Shown: piece by piece, positions 53,762-64,000 of the stretch | How the letters are laid out: each line of letters begins with the position of its first letter | How positions within the stretch are numbered: the stretch's first letter is position 1 | Source of the DNA: Euprymna scolopes | Lineage: Eukaryota | Assembly (NCBI GenBank): GCA_053919585.1 | Contig: JBSSHM010000258.1 | DNA length: 64,000 nucleotides | Strand: one strand, 5' to 3' | Made by a program: the position numbers and the translations under genes | The notes under the pieces: generated by a model | Databases searched by the model: none | Told to the model about the DNA's origin: nothing | What the model saw: the letters and a program-made list of their open reading frames with translations, nothing else

Positions 53762-54819
53762 TTCCGCTTAATACGATAATAAAGAATAAAATCAGAAGCC
53801 AACAAGCAAAATAATACCAATCCTTGAAAAACACTCCCTATAGATACCGGCAAGCCCAAGCTAATTTGTGCAGATTCTGCCCCAATATATATCAATGCCA
53901 TAAATAGTGATGCAAAAATAATTCCAATAGGATGCAATCGCCCTAAAAAAGCCACAATAATAGCCGTAAAGCCATACCCTGGAGAAATCTTAGGAACAAG
54001 CTGTGAAATATTAGCAGATACCTCACTGATTCCAGCAAACCCTGCTAAAGCACCACCAATCAAGAAACTTAGCCAAACAATTTTTTTACTGCTATATCCA
54101 GCATACTTTGCTGCCATCGATGAATAGCCAGATACACGCAATTGAAAACCTAGTTGAGACTTCATAATTAATAAATAAACAAGAGGAACCATTGCTAAGG
54201 TGATCAAAGGTGTCATACTTAAACGAGTACCTTCTATCAAATAAGGATAAATCGCAGACTCGCTAAAATATACTGTTTGTGGAAAATTCATACCTGTAGG
54301 ATCCTTTAATGGTCCATAAGTCAAATAATTAAGAATATGTTCTGCCACATAAACTAACATTAAAGAGGTAAGAATTTCATTAGTATGAAAATGATTTTTC
54401 AACCAAGCAGGAATGGATGCCCATATCATACCTCCAATACTCCCTGCAATAATCATAGCAGGAATAATGTACCACCCATTTTTTTTATAAAAATATAAAG
54501 CAATTAATGTGCCAAAAATTGCCCCCATAATCAGTTGCCCCTCTGCACCAATATTCCAAACATTGGCACGAAAGCCAATGGACAACCCTAAGGCAATGAG
54601 TGCTAAAATGCTTGCTTTACCAATTACTTCTGTGAAATCATATAAATTAGTAAGTGGGGAAATAAAAAAAATATAAAAGGTTTTTATCACATCATAGTCT
54701 AACAAGGACAACAATACCCCACTAATAACCATCATAGCAAGAAGTGATAGGAATGGCGGAATTAAGTTACTAAGAAGAGTTGGTTTAAAATCTCTTTTCT
54801 CGACACGATAATGCATCAT
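53758..54819 (-). CDS. Nucleoside-type ABC permease
   Basis: WNIGAEGQ, NEILTSLML, GYGFTAIIVAFLGRLHP. Confidence 0.9.
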   Translation of the reverse strand: MMHYRVEKRDFKPTLLSNLIPPFLSLLAMMVISGVLLSLLDYDVIKTFYIFFISPLTNLYDFTEVIGKASILALIALGLSIGFRANVWNIGAEGQLIMGAIFGTLIALYFYKKNGWYIIPAMIIAGSIGGMIWASIPAWLKNHFHTNEILTSLMLVYVAEHILNYLTYGPLKDPTGMNFPQTVYFSESAIYPYLIEGTRLSMTPLITLAMVPLVYLLIMKSQLGFQLRVSGYSSMAAKYAGYSSKKIVWLSFLIGGALAGFAGISEVSANISQLVPKISPGYGFTAIIVAFLGRLHPIGIIFASLFMALIYIGAESAQISLGLPVSIGSVFQGLVLFCLLASDFILYYRIKRK

Positions 54820-55018
54820 ATCAATAACTAGGGTTTTTTGTGGTATAAAAAAGATGGAGAAAAACAGTATAATCTAAACACTGTCACTATATGAGTGTAA
54901 CAAGGAAATTGTTCCCCAATAAAGCTTCTACATCCAAACACTTCATTAGTAATAAAAAATTAGATTTACTGTACTAATTATACTTACACTTTCTGTACAA
55001 AATGGCTACGTAAACACC

Positions 55019-55783
55019 ATGCACGTTGCACTTTTCATATCCTGTCTCATTAACTCAGTTCGCCCCTCTATTGGTATTGCCGCATTACGACTATTACAAT
55101 CTACAGGAATTAATATTTGCATACCTAAAGAACAATCTTGCTGTGGACAACCTTCTTACAACAGCGGATACTACATGCAAGCACAAGAATTTGCTGAACG
55201 CACAATCAAACAATTTGAGAGATATGATTATATTATTGTTCCTAGTGGATCTTGTGCCAGTATGCTTAACAAACATTATCCCACACTTTTCTCCTCCACT
55301 AATTTCAGTAATACATACAAACATCAAGTAAACCATTTCTCATCAAAAGTTATTGAACTTTCTACATTTCTTCACAACATAATTAACTGGCAACCCAAAC
55401 AACCATTTTCTATAAAAGAAACGATTACCTATCATGATAGTTGTGCAGGATTGCGTGAGCTGGGGATAAAATCAGCACCACGTCAATTGCTTAAAGCCTG
55501 TGGCATCACTGTGAAAGAAATGAAATACAGTGAAGAGTGTTGTGGTTTTGGTGGCACTTTTTCCATTAAATATCCAGATATTTCCATTCGTATGGCAGAG
55601 AATAAAATACATCATGCTAACAATAAAGGTGTAGATATATTGGCAATGGGTGATTTAGGATGCATGCTGAATATTGAAGGAAGATTAACCCGTCTACAGC
55701 ATACAAACAAGCACCATACTCCTACTATAAAAGTTATGCATATTGCTGAAGTTTTAGCAAAATCTGAAGGATTAATTGAGTGA
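55019..55783 (+). CDS. lutA: Lactate utilization protein A (CCG domains)
   Basis: CCGQP, SGSC, YHDSC, CCGFGGTF. Confidence 0.9.
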   Translation: MHVALFISCLINSVRPSIGIAALRLLQSTGINICIPKEQSCCGQPSYNSGYYMQAQEFAERTIKQFERYDYIIVPSGSCASMLNKHYPTLFSSTNFSNTYKHQVNHFSSKVIELSTFLHNIINWQPKQPFSIKETITYHDSCAGLRELGIKSAPRQLLKACGITVKEMKYSEECCGFGGTFSIKYPDISIRMAENKIHHANNKGVDILAMGDLGCMLNIEGRLTRLQHTNKHHTPTIKVMHIAEVLAKSEGLIE

Positions 55784-55789
55784 TAAATT

Positions 55790-57195
55790 ATGCAACACAC
55801 CATTCATTTTAAAATATCCTCAACGCAAGCACTCAACAACAGCACCTTGCAAAAAAATTTGCAACACACAAAAGGACTTTTTGTCGATAAACGCAAGAAA
55901 GCTCTTGAAGAATTCCCACCCTTTGAAGATTTACGAACTCAAGCAGCACAGATTAAAGAATCTGTATTAAATAACCTTGATGAATGGCTCATTAAATTTG
56001 AACAACAAGCTCTTGAAAATGGCTGTGAAGTATTATGGGCCTCTGATGCCAATGAAGCCTGTAAGCTAGTTGCTGATATTTGTCAGCAAAACAACGCTAA
56101 AAAAGTCATTAAATCAAAATCCATGTTAAGTGAAGAAATTCGCCTAAATAACCACTTAATTAAGAATAATATTGAAGTAATTGAGACAGACCTTGGTGAA
56201 TATGTTCTACAACTTGCTAATGAACCCCCTTCACATATCGTTGCTCCCATGGTACACATGAGCCGAAAACAGGTTGCAAATTTATTTAGCAAACACCACC
56301 AAACCCCTTATACAACTAACATTCAAAAACTTACTCTTGAGGCACGAAAACAACTACGCAAACACTTTCTTAGTGCAGATATAGGTATTACCGGTGCCAA
56401 CTTTCTTATTGCTGAGACAGGATCAGCATTAGTGGTTGAAAATGAAGGAAATGCTCGCCTATGCATGAGTTTACCTAAAACACGCATTATTCTTTCTGGA
56501 ATTGAAAAAGTTATTCCTAATGCACAAGCGGCAACATTAATGACTGCACTTTTACCACGCTCAGCCACTGGGCAAAAAATTTCAAACTACGTTAGCATAA
56601 GCACTAGAGTGCATCAAAAAACTGAAAAAGGAGAAGACGGACCTACCCGAGTGATATATATTTTGATTGATGCAGGACGTAGCCAACTCTTAAAAAAAGA
56701 CACCAGAGATATGTTACGATGTATTCGTTGTGGAGCTTGTATGAATCATTGCCCCGTATATCAAAATATTGGTGGACACTCTTATGGCTGGGTATATCCA
56801 GGACCAATGGGTTCAGTATTAACCCCATACTACCTTGGTCTCAAGCAAGCAAAAGAACTCCCTTTTTCTGCCACCATGTGTGGAGCTTGTGATGAAGTAT
56901 GTCCAGTGAAAATCCCACTCACTCGATTATTGCGAGATTTGCGCCATAAAATAACCCATAAAGAAGGCGGAAAAACTATCGAAAACTATCACTTTCTGCA
57001 TGGAATTGGTTATGCAAAAAAAGATGGCGTTACCAACTTATTACCCGTTTCAGTCGTCTAATTCTACGAATTTTAGCTAATTCCTCCGGTGAGATTCATA
57101 CAATCCCCGGACTTGTGTGGACAAAAACTCGCGACATATCAATTGATTCACCCTCACAAACCTTTATGCAGTGGTATGAAAAAAAGTACAAGTAA
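55790..57195 (+). CDS. lutB: Lactate utilization protein B (Fe-S), C-terminal frameshift; end approximate
   Basis: KSKSM, ETDLGE, NEGNA, CIRCGACMNHCP, CGACDEVCP. Confidence 0.92.
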
Positions 57196-57850
57196 AGAAA
57201 GAATCTTACAGTCAATTAAAATTAGTCTTGGCAAATCTAAGCATATTTCTGCAACACAGAATCCCACTGCCCCAATAGTTGATTTTTCAATGCTACCCTC
57301 TCCTTCAAATGGTCCCTCTCTCCTTGAACGCTTTACTCATACTTCCTTAACTAATCAATGCAGCGTTGCTTATATTAATTCTAAAGAAGAATTACCTAAT
57401 GCCGTGTACCAATACTTACATAAAAAGCAGCTTCCTTTCATCATATGGGGATGGCAAGAATTTAAAGAGCTAAACTGGAAGCAGCATGCTATAACCTTTC
57501 ATGCAGAAAATATTGATAAATACACAGCAATAGAAAATACGGTTAGTCTCACAGGAGTTTCATATGCTATTTGCGATACTGGAACAATCCTTATCCAAAG
57601 CCACCCTAACAGACCACTTAGCAATAGCTTATTGCTGGAAACCCATATTGCCGTGGTAGAAGAGAATCAAATTCATTTCCACCTATCTGATATTCTAAAC
57701 AACGAACTTATCAGCAATGAAAAACATGCACAAACCGTACTGATTTCCGGACCATCTAGAACCGCAGATATTGAGCAAACATTAGTATTAGGAGCTCATG
57801 GTCCTAAATATGTACACCTAATTATTATAAAAAACAACATTCAAATTTAA
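57176..57850 (+). CDS. lutC: Lactate utilization protein C
   Basis: ISGPSRTADIEQTLVLGAHGP; ATG 57176. Confidence 0.9.
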   Translation: MKKSTSKERILQSIKISLGKSKHISATQNPTAPIVDFSMLPSPSNGPSLLERFTHTSLTNQCSVAYINSKEELPNAVYQYLHKKQLPFIIWGWQEFKELNWKQHAITFHAENIDKYTAIENTVSLTGVSYAICDTGTILIQSHPNRPLSNSLLLETHIAVVEENQIHFHLSDILNNELISNEKHAQTVLISGPSRTADIEQTLVLGAHGPKYVHLIIIKNNIQI

Positions 57851-57994
57851 AACTCACCTATTCAAGCAATACTTTCTGTACAATTCATGAAAAAAACGTC
57901 TTATAATGGTAAGCAATGACAATTTTTGTAAATAATGTTTTACAAAAATAAAAAATGTCAATAACAATTCATCACTTTACATAAAATATAAAAC

Positions 57995-58654
57995 ATGGAC
58001 AAACAAACGATACTGGAAGCTTTTAATTTTCGTCATGCATGCAAAAAATTTGATTCAAAAAAGAAAATACCAGAAGGTGATTTTAATTTTATTTTAGAAA
58101 CTGCTAGACTGTCTCCAAGTTCATTTGGTTTTGAACCATGGCATTTTTTAATCGTACAAGATGCCGATAAGAGAGAAGAACTTAAAGAAATTTTTTGGGG
58201 TGGGCAAGGACAATTTCCAACAGCTAGTCACCTCATTCTTATCTTGGCTAAAAAAAGCCACTTTATGCGCTATGATAGTGATTACATTCACCACATAATG
58301 AAAGATGTACAAAAACTTCCAGAAGAAGTAATTGAAATAAAATCTGGTTTCTATAAAAAATTCCAAGAAGAAGATTTTAAAATCATTCAATCAGAACAGC
58401 TAATGGAAGATTGGGCAATTAGACAAACCTATATAGCATTAGGAAATATGATGACAGCAGCTGCTATGATTGGTGTTGATAGCTGTCCTATGGAAGGATA
58501 TGATAAAGATAAGGTTGAGGATTTGCTTGATAAAAAGTTTGGGTTTGCTAGCAACGAATATGCCATCAGTTGTGCCGTTGCATTTGGTTACAGAGAGTCT
58601 GATCCGAAGCCAAAAACACGTCAAGAATTGTCAAAAATTGTAACCACCATATAA
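57995..58654 (+). CDS. NAD(P)H nitroreductase family protein
   Basis: RHACKKFD, LSPSSFGFEPW, DSCPMEG. Confidence 0.92.
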   Translation: MDKQTILEAFNFRHACKKFDSKKKIPEGDFNFILETARLSPSSFGFEPWHFLIVQDADKREELKEIFWGGQGQFPTASHLILILAKKSHFMRYDSDYIHHIMKDVQKLPEEVIEIKSGFYKKFQEEDFKIIQSEQLMEDWAIRQTYIALGNMMTAAAMIGVDSCPMEGYDKDKVEDLLDKKFGFASNEYAISCAVAFGYRESDPKPKTRQELSKIVTTI

Positions 58655-58728
58655 AACAGAACCACATAAAATAGAGAAATTGCCTGATTGTTGTTTTTTA
58701 AGAAAAGTATTCTTTGCTTGGTAGTTCA

Positions 58729-59637
58729 TTATCTTCGCAAACCATTTAAAAAATCAACAATCAGCATTTTCTTTTTGCCACTAGGTTGAACTATTAAAGG
58801 GGTTATCCATGCATCTGCACAACGTATATGGAGCTTCTTTCTGTCTATCAATACCGTACCAATAGTTGATTGGGTAGCTAGTGCCTCATCATTAGTTAAC
58901 ATTGCCTCATAAATTCGAACATTTTGATCAAATATGGTTGTATAAGCTACAGGAACTGGATTAAAAGCACGAATTTTTTGCAAAATAATCTTTGCCGAAT
59001 GATGCCAATTAATTTCAGCCTGCTCTTTATTTAGTTTGTGTGCATAACAAACTAAACTACCATCCTGTTTCTTAGCATTTTTTTGAAATAATTGAACATT
59101 CTCTAATGACTCTTTAAGCAATTTCTCTCCAAGAGAGGCGAGTTCTTGAGTAATTTCACCAGCATTTTTTTCTTTAATCTCAATCTCTTTTTGTAGCAAT
59201 ATCTCCCCATCATCTAGTCCCTCTCTCATTTGCATAATACTAATTCCTGTATATTTATCGCCAGCCTCAATTGCCCGTGTAATCGGTGCAGCACCACGCC
59301 AGCGTGGCAGTAAAGAAGCATGTACATTTATACATCCATATATAGGACTCATTAAAATAGATGAGCTTAAGAGTTGACCATAAGCCACCACCACCATTAT
59401 ATCCAGCGATAATGCTTGTAAAGTAGGCAATAATTCTTCAATTGAAGAAGGCTGATAAATGGGTATGCCATCAAATTGAGAGGCGGCTTCTTTTATAGCG
59501 CACGCTGTTAACTTTCTCCCCCTACCTGCTGCTCTATCTGGTTGACAAATCACAGCCACTAACTCATGCTCCTTTTCTAGCATTTGTAAACTTGGCACAG
59601 CAAAATCAGGTGTTCCAGCAAACGCAATTCTCATCAA
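58729..59637 (-). CDS. fmt: Methionyl-tRNA formyltransferase
   Basis: FAGTPDFA, QPDR, NVHASLLPRWRGAAPI. Confidence 0.96.
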   Translation of the reverse strand: MMRIAFAGTPDFAVPSLQMLEKEHELVAVICQPDRAAGRGRKLTACAIKEAASQFDGIPIYQPSSIEELLPTLQALSLDIMVVVAYGQLLSSSILMSPIYGCINVHASLLPRWRGAAPITRAIEAGDKYTGISIMQMREGLDDGEILLQKEIEIKEKNAGEITQELASLGEKLLKESLENVQLFQKNAKKQDGSLVCYAHKLNKEQAEINWHHSAKIILQKIRAFNPVPVAYTTIFDQNVRIYEAMLTNDEALATQSTIGTVLIDRKKLHIRCADAWITPLIVQPSGKKKMLIVDFLNGLRR

Positions 59638-59644
59638 CTACCTC

Positions 59645-60155
59645 TTATTGATTTTTTAACATTTTTTTGCGCAAGCGACTACGTTTAAGCAAGGACAAAT
59701 AGTCAATAAACAACTTTCCATTCAAATGATCTATCTCATGTTGTACACAAATGGCAGGTAAATCTTCTAATTCCACTTCAAAAGGATTACCGTTTTCATC
59801 TAAAGCTGAAACTTTTAACATTTTAGAACGCGTGATTTTTGCACGATATTCGGGAATAGACAAACATCCTTCCTCATATTCAATTGTCTCATCAGATTTT
59901 TCAATAATTTCAGGATTAATAAATACTTTTGGCAGATGCACTATTTCTGGAAATTCCATGACAAAAATACGCTCTAACTTTCCTACCTGAACACCCGCTA
60001 TACCAATCCCTTGATGATGCCTCATGGTATTTAACATAAGCTTTGCCAAATCTCGTGTCTGATCACAAAAGGTAACAATTTCCTGACTGCGTTGGCGAAG
60101 TAAAACTTCTTCACCAGGGGTAATAAACAATATCTAAAATTTTATCTTTACTCAT
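59645..60155 (-). CDS. def: Peptide deformylase, N-terminal frameshift
   Basis: GIGIAGVQ, EGCLS, QHEIDH; ATG 60155 in another frame. Confidence 0.94.
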
Positions 60156-60184
60156 TGTTTTTTATAAAATTCTATAAAAGTACT

Positions 60185-60721
60185 CTATTTATCATTAGGA
60201 TAAATAACTAATGTAGCTGGACGCCCTTTATGACCTTCTGCTTCAAAATCTTCAGTCATGATGTTGTAACGAATAAAACGTCCATTAATACGATTTTTCT
60301 TGTGTATCACTTCAGGTTCACCCCCAGATAAATCAAGCCAACCATTCTTTACATCATAAATAATCTTATTCGCACGAGCCTCTAAAAATTGCTTTTTATC
60401 ACGATTATGAAGATATACAGGATTTCCCTCTGCATGCAAAGATTGTATCTGTGAATCCAATGAGGTTATTTTTAATTTTTCGGCATTAATGCTCAGTGTT
60501 GCTTGTTTAACAATTACCTTGCCAGAATATATTGCTATATGATTACCACTGCTATTTTTTTTCAACTGAACCTTATCCGCTTGAATGGTAATAGGTGCTG
60601 TTGATGAAAAACTCATTGCCGAAGAAACTTTTTTCTCCGTTGCTTGAGTTTGTGCAAATAACAGATTACAAACCAACCAAAAGACACATAAAATTAGGTT
60701 AATTTGTGTATTTTTTTCCAT
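60185..60721 (-). CDS. lptA: LPS transport periplasmic protein (OstA domain)
   Basis: Signal peptide, PITIQAD, YSGKVIVKQ, AEGNPV. Confidence 0.85.
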   Translation of the reverse strand: MEKNTQINLILCVFWLVCNLLFAQTQATEKKVSSAMSFSSTAPITIQADKVQLKKNSSGNHIAIYSGKVIVKQATLSINAEKLKITSLDSQIQSLHAEGNPVYLHNRDKKQFLEARANKIIYDVKNGWLDLSGGEPEVIHKKNRINGRFIRYNIMTEDFEAEGHKGRPATLVIYPNDK

Positions 60722-61242
60722 ACTTAAAATGACGTATAATTTCATCCCACTTACCTTGTGAGCATAATATTTTTTCACAAATCTCACGCACCGCTCCCTG
60801 ACCTCCTACACGTTCAAGCACAATGTGTGCAATCGCTTCCACTTCTTTTTGAGCATCAGCAACGGCAACTGCTACACCTACCTCACTCATTACACCTAAA
60901 TCAATCAAATCATCACCAACATACAAAATATGCTGCATTGACAAGCCCAACTCATCTGCTAATTTCTGCATGGTATTTTTCTTATCTGTAATACCTTGAT
61001 AATAGTATTTAATACCTAGATTTTCATGCAATCTCGCTTCTGCAGAAACGGATTTACGACCGGTAATCACTGCCACCTCAACCACCATACTCCATTAACA
61101 ATTTGATACCTAATCCATCACGTGCATCAAATGCTTTATGCTCAATCCCCTCATCATTAAAATATAATTTTGCATCGGTAAGTACACCATCTACATCAAA
61201 GATAGCCAATTTAATTTGTGATAATTTTTTATCAATGTCCAT
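60699..61242 (-). CDS. kdsC: KDO 8-phosphate phosphatase (HAD), frameshifted
   Basis: IFDVDGVLTD from ATG 61242, ITGR, YVGDDLID, GGQGAVRE. Confidence 0.92.
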
Positions 61243-61249
61243 TAAAACA

Positions 61250-61636
61250 TTACTCATTTTCTCTAATCAATAACAAACAGGCTTTGCGTGACTCATCTTG
61301 CACAATATTCCACACATTACATGCAGCTGATAAAGACATAGTTTCACAAGCAATACCGTATTGAGATAGTTGAAAAAACATAGATTGCTTGGTCAAAAAT
61401 AAATATTTTTCCACGCTAAAAGGCTCAATTCCTATCAAGATAAGTTGTGGTTGCATAAGAATAATCGGTTGCAAACTCTCTTCTGTGATTTCTGCATGAT
61501 TCTTTATATGCCATAAAGATATTTTGTCCTCACAAATATATAAACTATTTTTATAACGTTTACCATCAATAATGACAACGTCGGATAACACTTCATCAAC
61601 AACTATTCCTTGATTCTCTATCTTGTTTAGCTCCAT
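61250..61636 (-). CDS. Mth938-like (DUF498) protein
   Basis: PQLILIG..GIACETM...AACNVWN...ESR. Confidence 0.75.
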   Translation of the reverse strand: MELNKIENQGIVVDEVLSDVVIIDGKRYKNSLYICEDKISLWHIKNHAEITEESLQPIILMQPQLILIGIEPFSVEKYLFLTKQSMFFQLSQYGIACETMSLSAACNVWNIVQDESRKACLLLIRENE

Positions 61637-61675
61637 AATTCATCCGATAAACTTATCTACTCACCATCTAATTGT

Positions 61676-62985
61676 ATGAGAAAAACAAGTAAAATATATA
61701 ACATGACTGCATCAAATAACACTAGCACACCTGATCATAAAAGTTTTGTACAAAGCTTAAGAGTTGCCTCATCTTATATTGTTGACTATCAAAATAAAGC
61801 ATTTATTATTGTTCTTAATGAGCGTGTTTTAACAGATAATAATGCCCTACAATTTATTGAGGATTTATTATTATTACATCGCATTGGCAACTCCCTTATT
61901 TTCATTCCTGATCTAATCAAGATTTTAATCAACCTATTGATGAAAATTTGCGGGATGACTTTATTGCCTTAGAACAGAAATTATGGAATCAATTTCAAGC
62001 TGCATGGTTTAAGTATAATCAAAAGGCTGATGTGATTAAAAGCAATCTCTTACAAGTACGTCCCAAAGGCGTTAAAAATGGAAGAGATTATCTCTATGCT
62101 GCCAACGTTCAGGGTATTTCCACCCATCAACTTCAACAACTTTTAGAGCAAAGATGGGCAGTTTGGCTATCTTCTTGGGGACATTCTTTTTCTGGTATTC
62201 CCTACATTTTAAATGCTACAGATATTGCTATTATTACAGCAAAAAACCTATCCTGTGATAAACTTATTTATCTTGATGATAATAACGCTTGGCTTGATGT
62301 TGAAAGTGACCTAAAAAACCCCAACAATCTTTCTCTTTCTCAAGCAAAAAAAATACAAACAAACAATACAGAAGCTGATAAAATTCTCAAAATTGGTATT
62401 AGTGCATGCCAAAATGCTATTCAGCGCTTTCACTTTCTCAACATCAAACAAGATGGTGCATTAATTTGTGAGCTATTTACCCGTGATGGCTTTGGCTTAT
62501 TGATTTACAATGATGTTTATGATGAATTAATCAATGCTGATGAGACCTGTACCAACGACATTATAGAACTAGTAAATATGTTGAGCGAGAATGGTAGCAT
62601 CCTTTATCGAGATAAATTGTTTTTAGAAAAGCATTTATCTGATTTCTATGTCATGCGTCGTGAAAAAAAAGTCATTGCTTGCGTGGCACTGCATTCAATA
62701 AATAATGAACACAGTCTATCTTCACAAACTGAAATTGCTGAGATTGCTTGCTTAATGGTACATCCAGAATATCAATCAATGGGAATTGCTAGCCAACTTA
62801 TTCAGCATGTTATTCGACAAGCAAAAAAACGAAAAATAAAACGTCTTATAGCCCTTACTGTTGAAGCACAAGGATGGTTTCAACGTCATGAGTTTAAAAA
62901 AATCAGTCCAGAAAAACTTCCAAAAATTAGTAATAAAATCTACGATAGACAAAGAAATTCTACTATTTACTATCGTGAAATATAA
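61676..62985 (+). CDS. argA: N-acetylglutamate synthase (AAK + GNAT), frameshifted and divergent
   Basis: DGALICELFTRDG.G linker, EIACLMVHPEYQ, WFQRHEF, RNS. Confidence 0.85.
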
Positions 62986-62987
62986 TC

Positions 62988-63627
62988 ATGTCTAATGAGC
63001 AAAATGAGATTAAAAAACGCTTTCGTCGTTTTTTACCTGTGGTTGTTGATATAGAAACTGGAGGCTTAGACCATCATCAAGCACCTATTTTAGAAATTGC
63101 TATACAATTTCCTTGAAATGGATGAAGGAATCTTACATCTTAATGATTACATGCATTATCACATCAAACCCTTTGAAGGGGCAGTTATCGATCCTGATTC
63201 ACTTGAATTTATTGGTTATGAAGCCAAGCATGTCGCCAACGAACAAAAACACGAGCTTGAAGCATTTAGTATTATCTGCGAAACAATAAAAAAACGAGTC
63301 ATAAAAGAAAGTTGTACACGAGCCATCTTAGTTGGACACAATGCTCATTTTGATTTAACTTTTTTTAATGCAGCTATTGATCGATGTCAACTTAGCTCAC
63401 CTTTTCATCGATTCAGCACCCTCGATACCGTAAGTTTATCGGCATTACTCTATGGTCATACAGTTTTATGTCAATCCTGTCAATTAGCAGATATTGAATG
63501 GGATAATAAACAAGCACACAATGCTTTATATGACTGTCAACAAACTGCACATCTATTCTGCAAAATAGTCAACCAAGCAAAGGAACTCTACAGTATAAAC
63601 AGCAATTATTCCACACATGAAGCTTAA
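62988..63627 (+). CDS. rnt: Ribonuclease T, frameshifted
   Basis: RFRRFLPVVVDIETGG, VGHNAHFD, SPFHRFSTLDT, AHNALYD. Confidence 0.93.
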
Positions 63628-64000
63628 GCTTTTAAAAATTATTCGACAAACTCATTGGAAGCTACTTAAACCTCACCCTTTCCACCCCTGCTCCTATCCT
63701 CTCCACAGCACCATTAAACCCGCAGAAAATTGCAGTAATCAAACTCTCTGCAATGGGTGATGTCTTGTGTTTGATGCCTGCCATAAAAATGCTAAAAACA
63801 TGGCTTCCTGATGCAGAAATCACTCTCATTACCACTCAACGTTCCAATCCAAAACTTTTTCAAAATTTACAATTTTTAAAAAAAATTGACCTACTGCCGA
63901 TTTCACCTTTTTTGTTAGTTAAATTTATCTGGAAATTTAGAAAAAAAATTATGATCTATGCATTGATGCTGATCAATACTACAATCTCTCTACATGGCTA
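63617..64000 (+). CDS. Glycosyltransferase family 9 (heptosyltransferase-like), 3'-truncated
   Basis: Frame from ATG 63617 gives KIAVIKLSAMGDVLCLMPAI..LPDAEIT. Confidence 0.8.

Noticed and set aside
407-60991. Numerous short overlapping ORFs in the track (e.g. 407-613, 1374-1673, 24734-25108, 30609-31016)
   Set aside because: Shadow or out-of-frame ORFs inside well-supported genes, with no recognisable motifs

Overview
AT-rich chromosomal segment of a Gammaproteobacterium, probably marine. It is mostly housekeeping genes (rpoD, trpS, glnE, efp/epmA, trpBA-accD-folC-dedD, hemCD, grpE, radA, def/fmt, lptA, argA, rnt) plus three tRNAs, in unusually scrambled order. Two regions stand out. (1) 7.2-10.9 kb: a tandemly duplicated FN3/Ig-like surface lipoprotein whose two copies differ, by my manual alignment, only by amino-acid-changing substitutions and in-frame indels. 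Each copy is followed by a diverged alternative C-terminus fragment, and the locus ends in a 21-copy non-coding 27-bp array and a perfect 14-6-14 palindrome. (2) 23-38 kb: a C3-sulfonate (DHPS) locus with a GMC oxidoreductase-suyA-suyB-hpsN operon, a divergent TRAP transporter with a long structured leader, and nearby 1-Cys peroxiredoxin-cysJ-cysI-cysG. Many single-base frameshifts at 15-21 kb and 45-63 kb hit essential genes and are most likely sequencing errors. GC skew appears to switch mid-window, suggesting the replication terminus region. All calls come from reading the sequence by eye; no searches were run.
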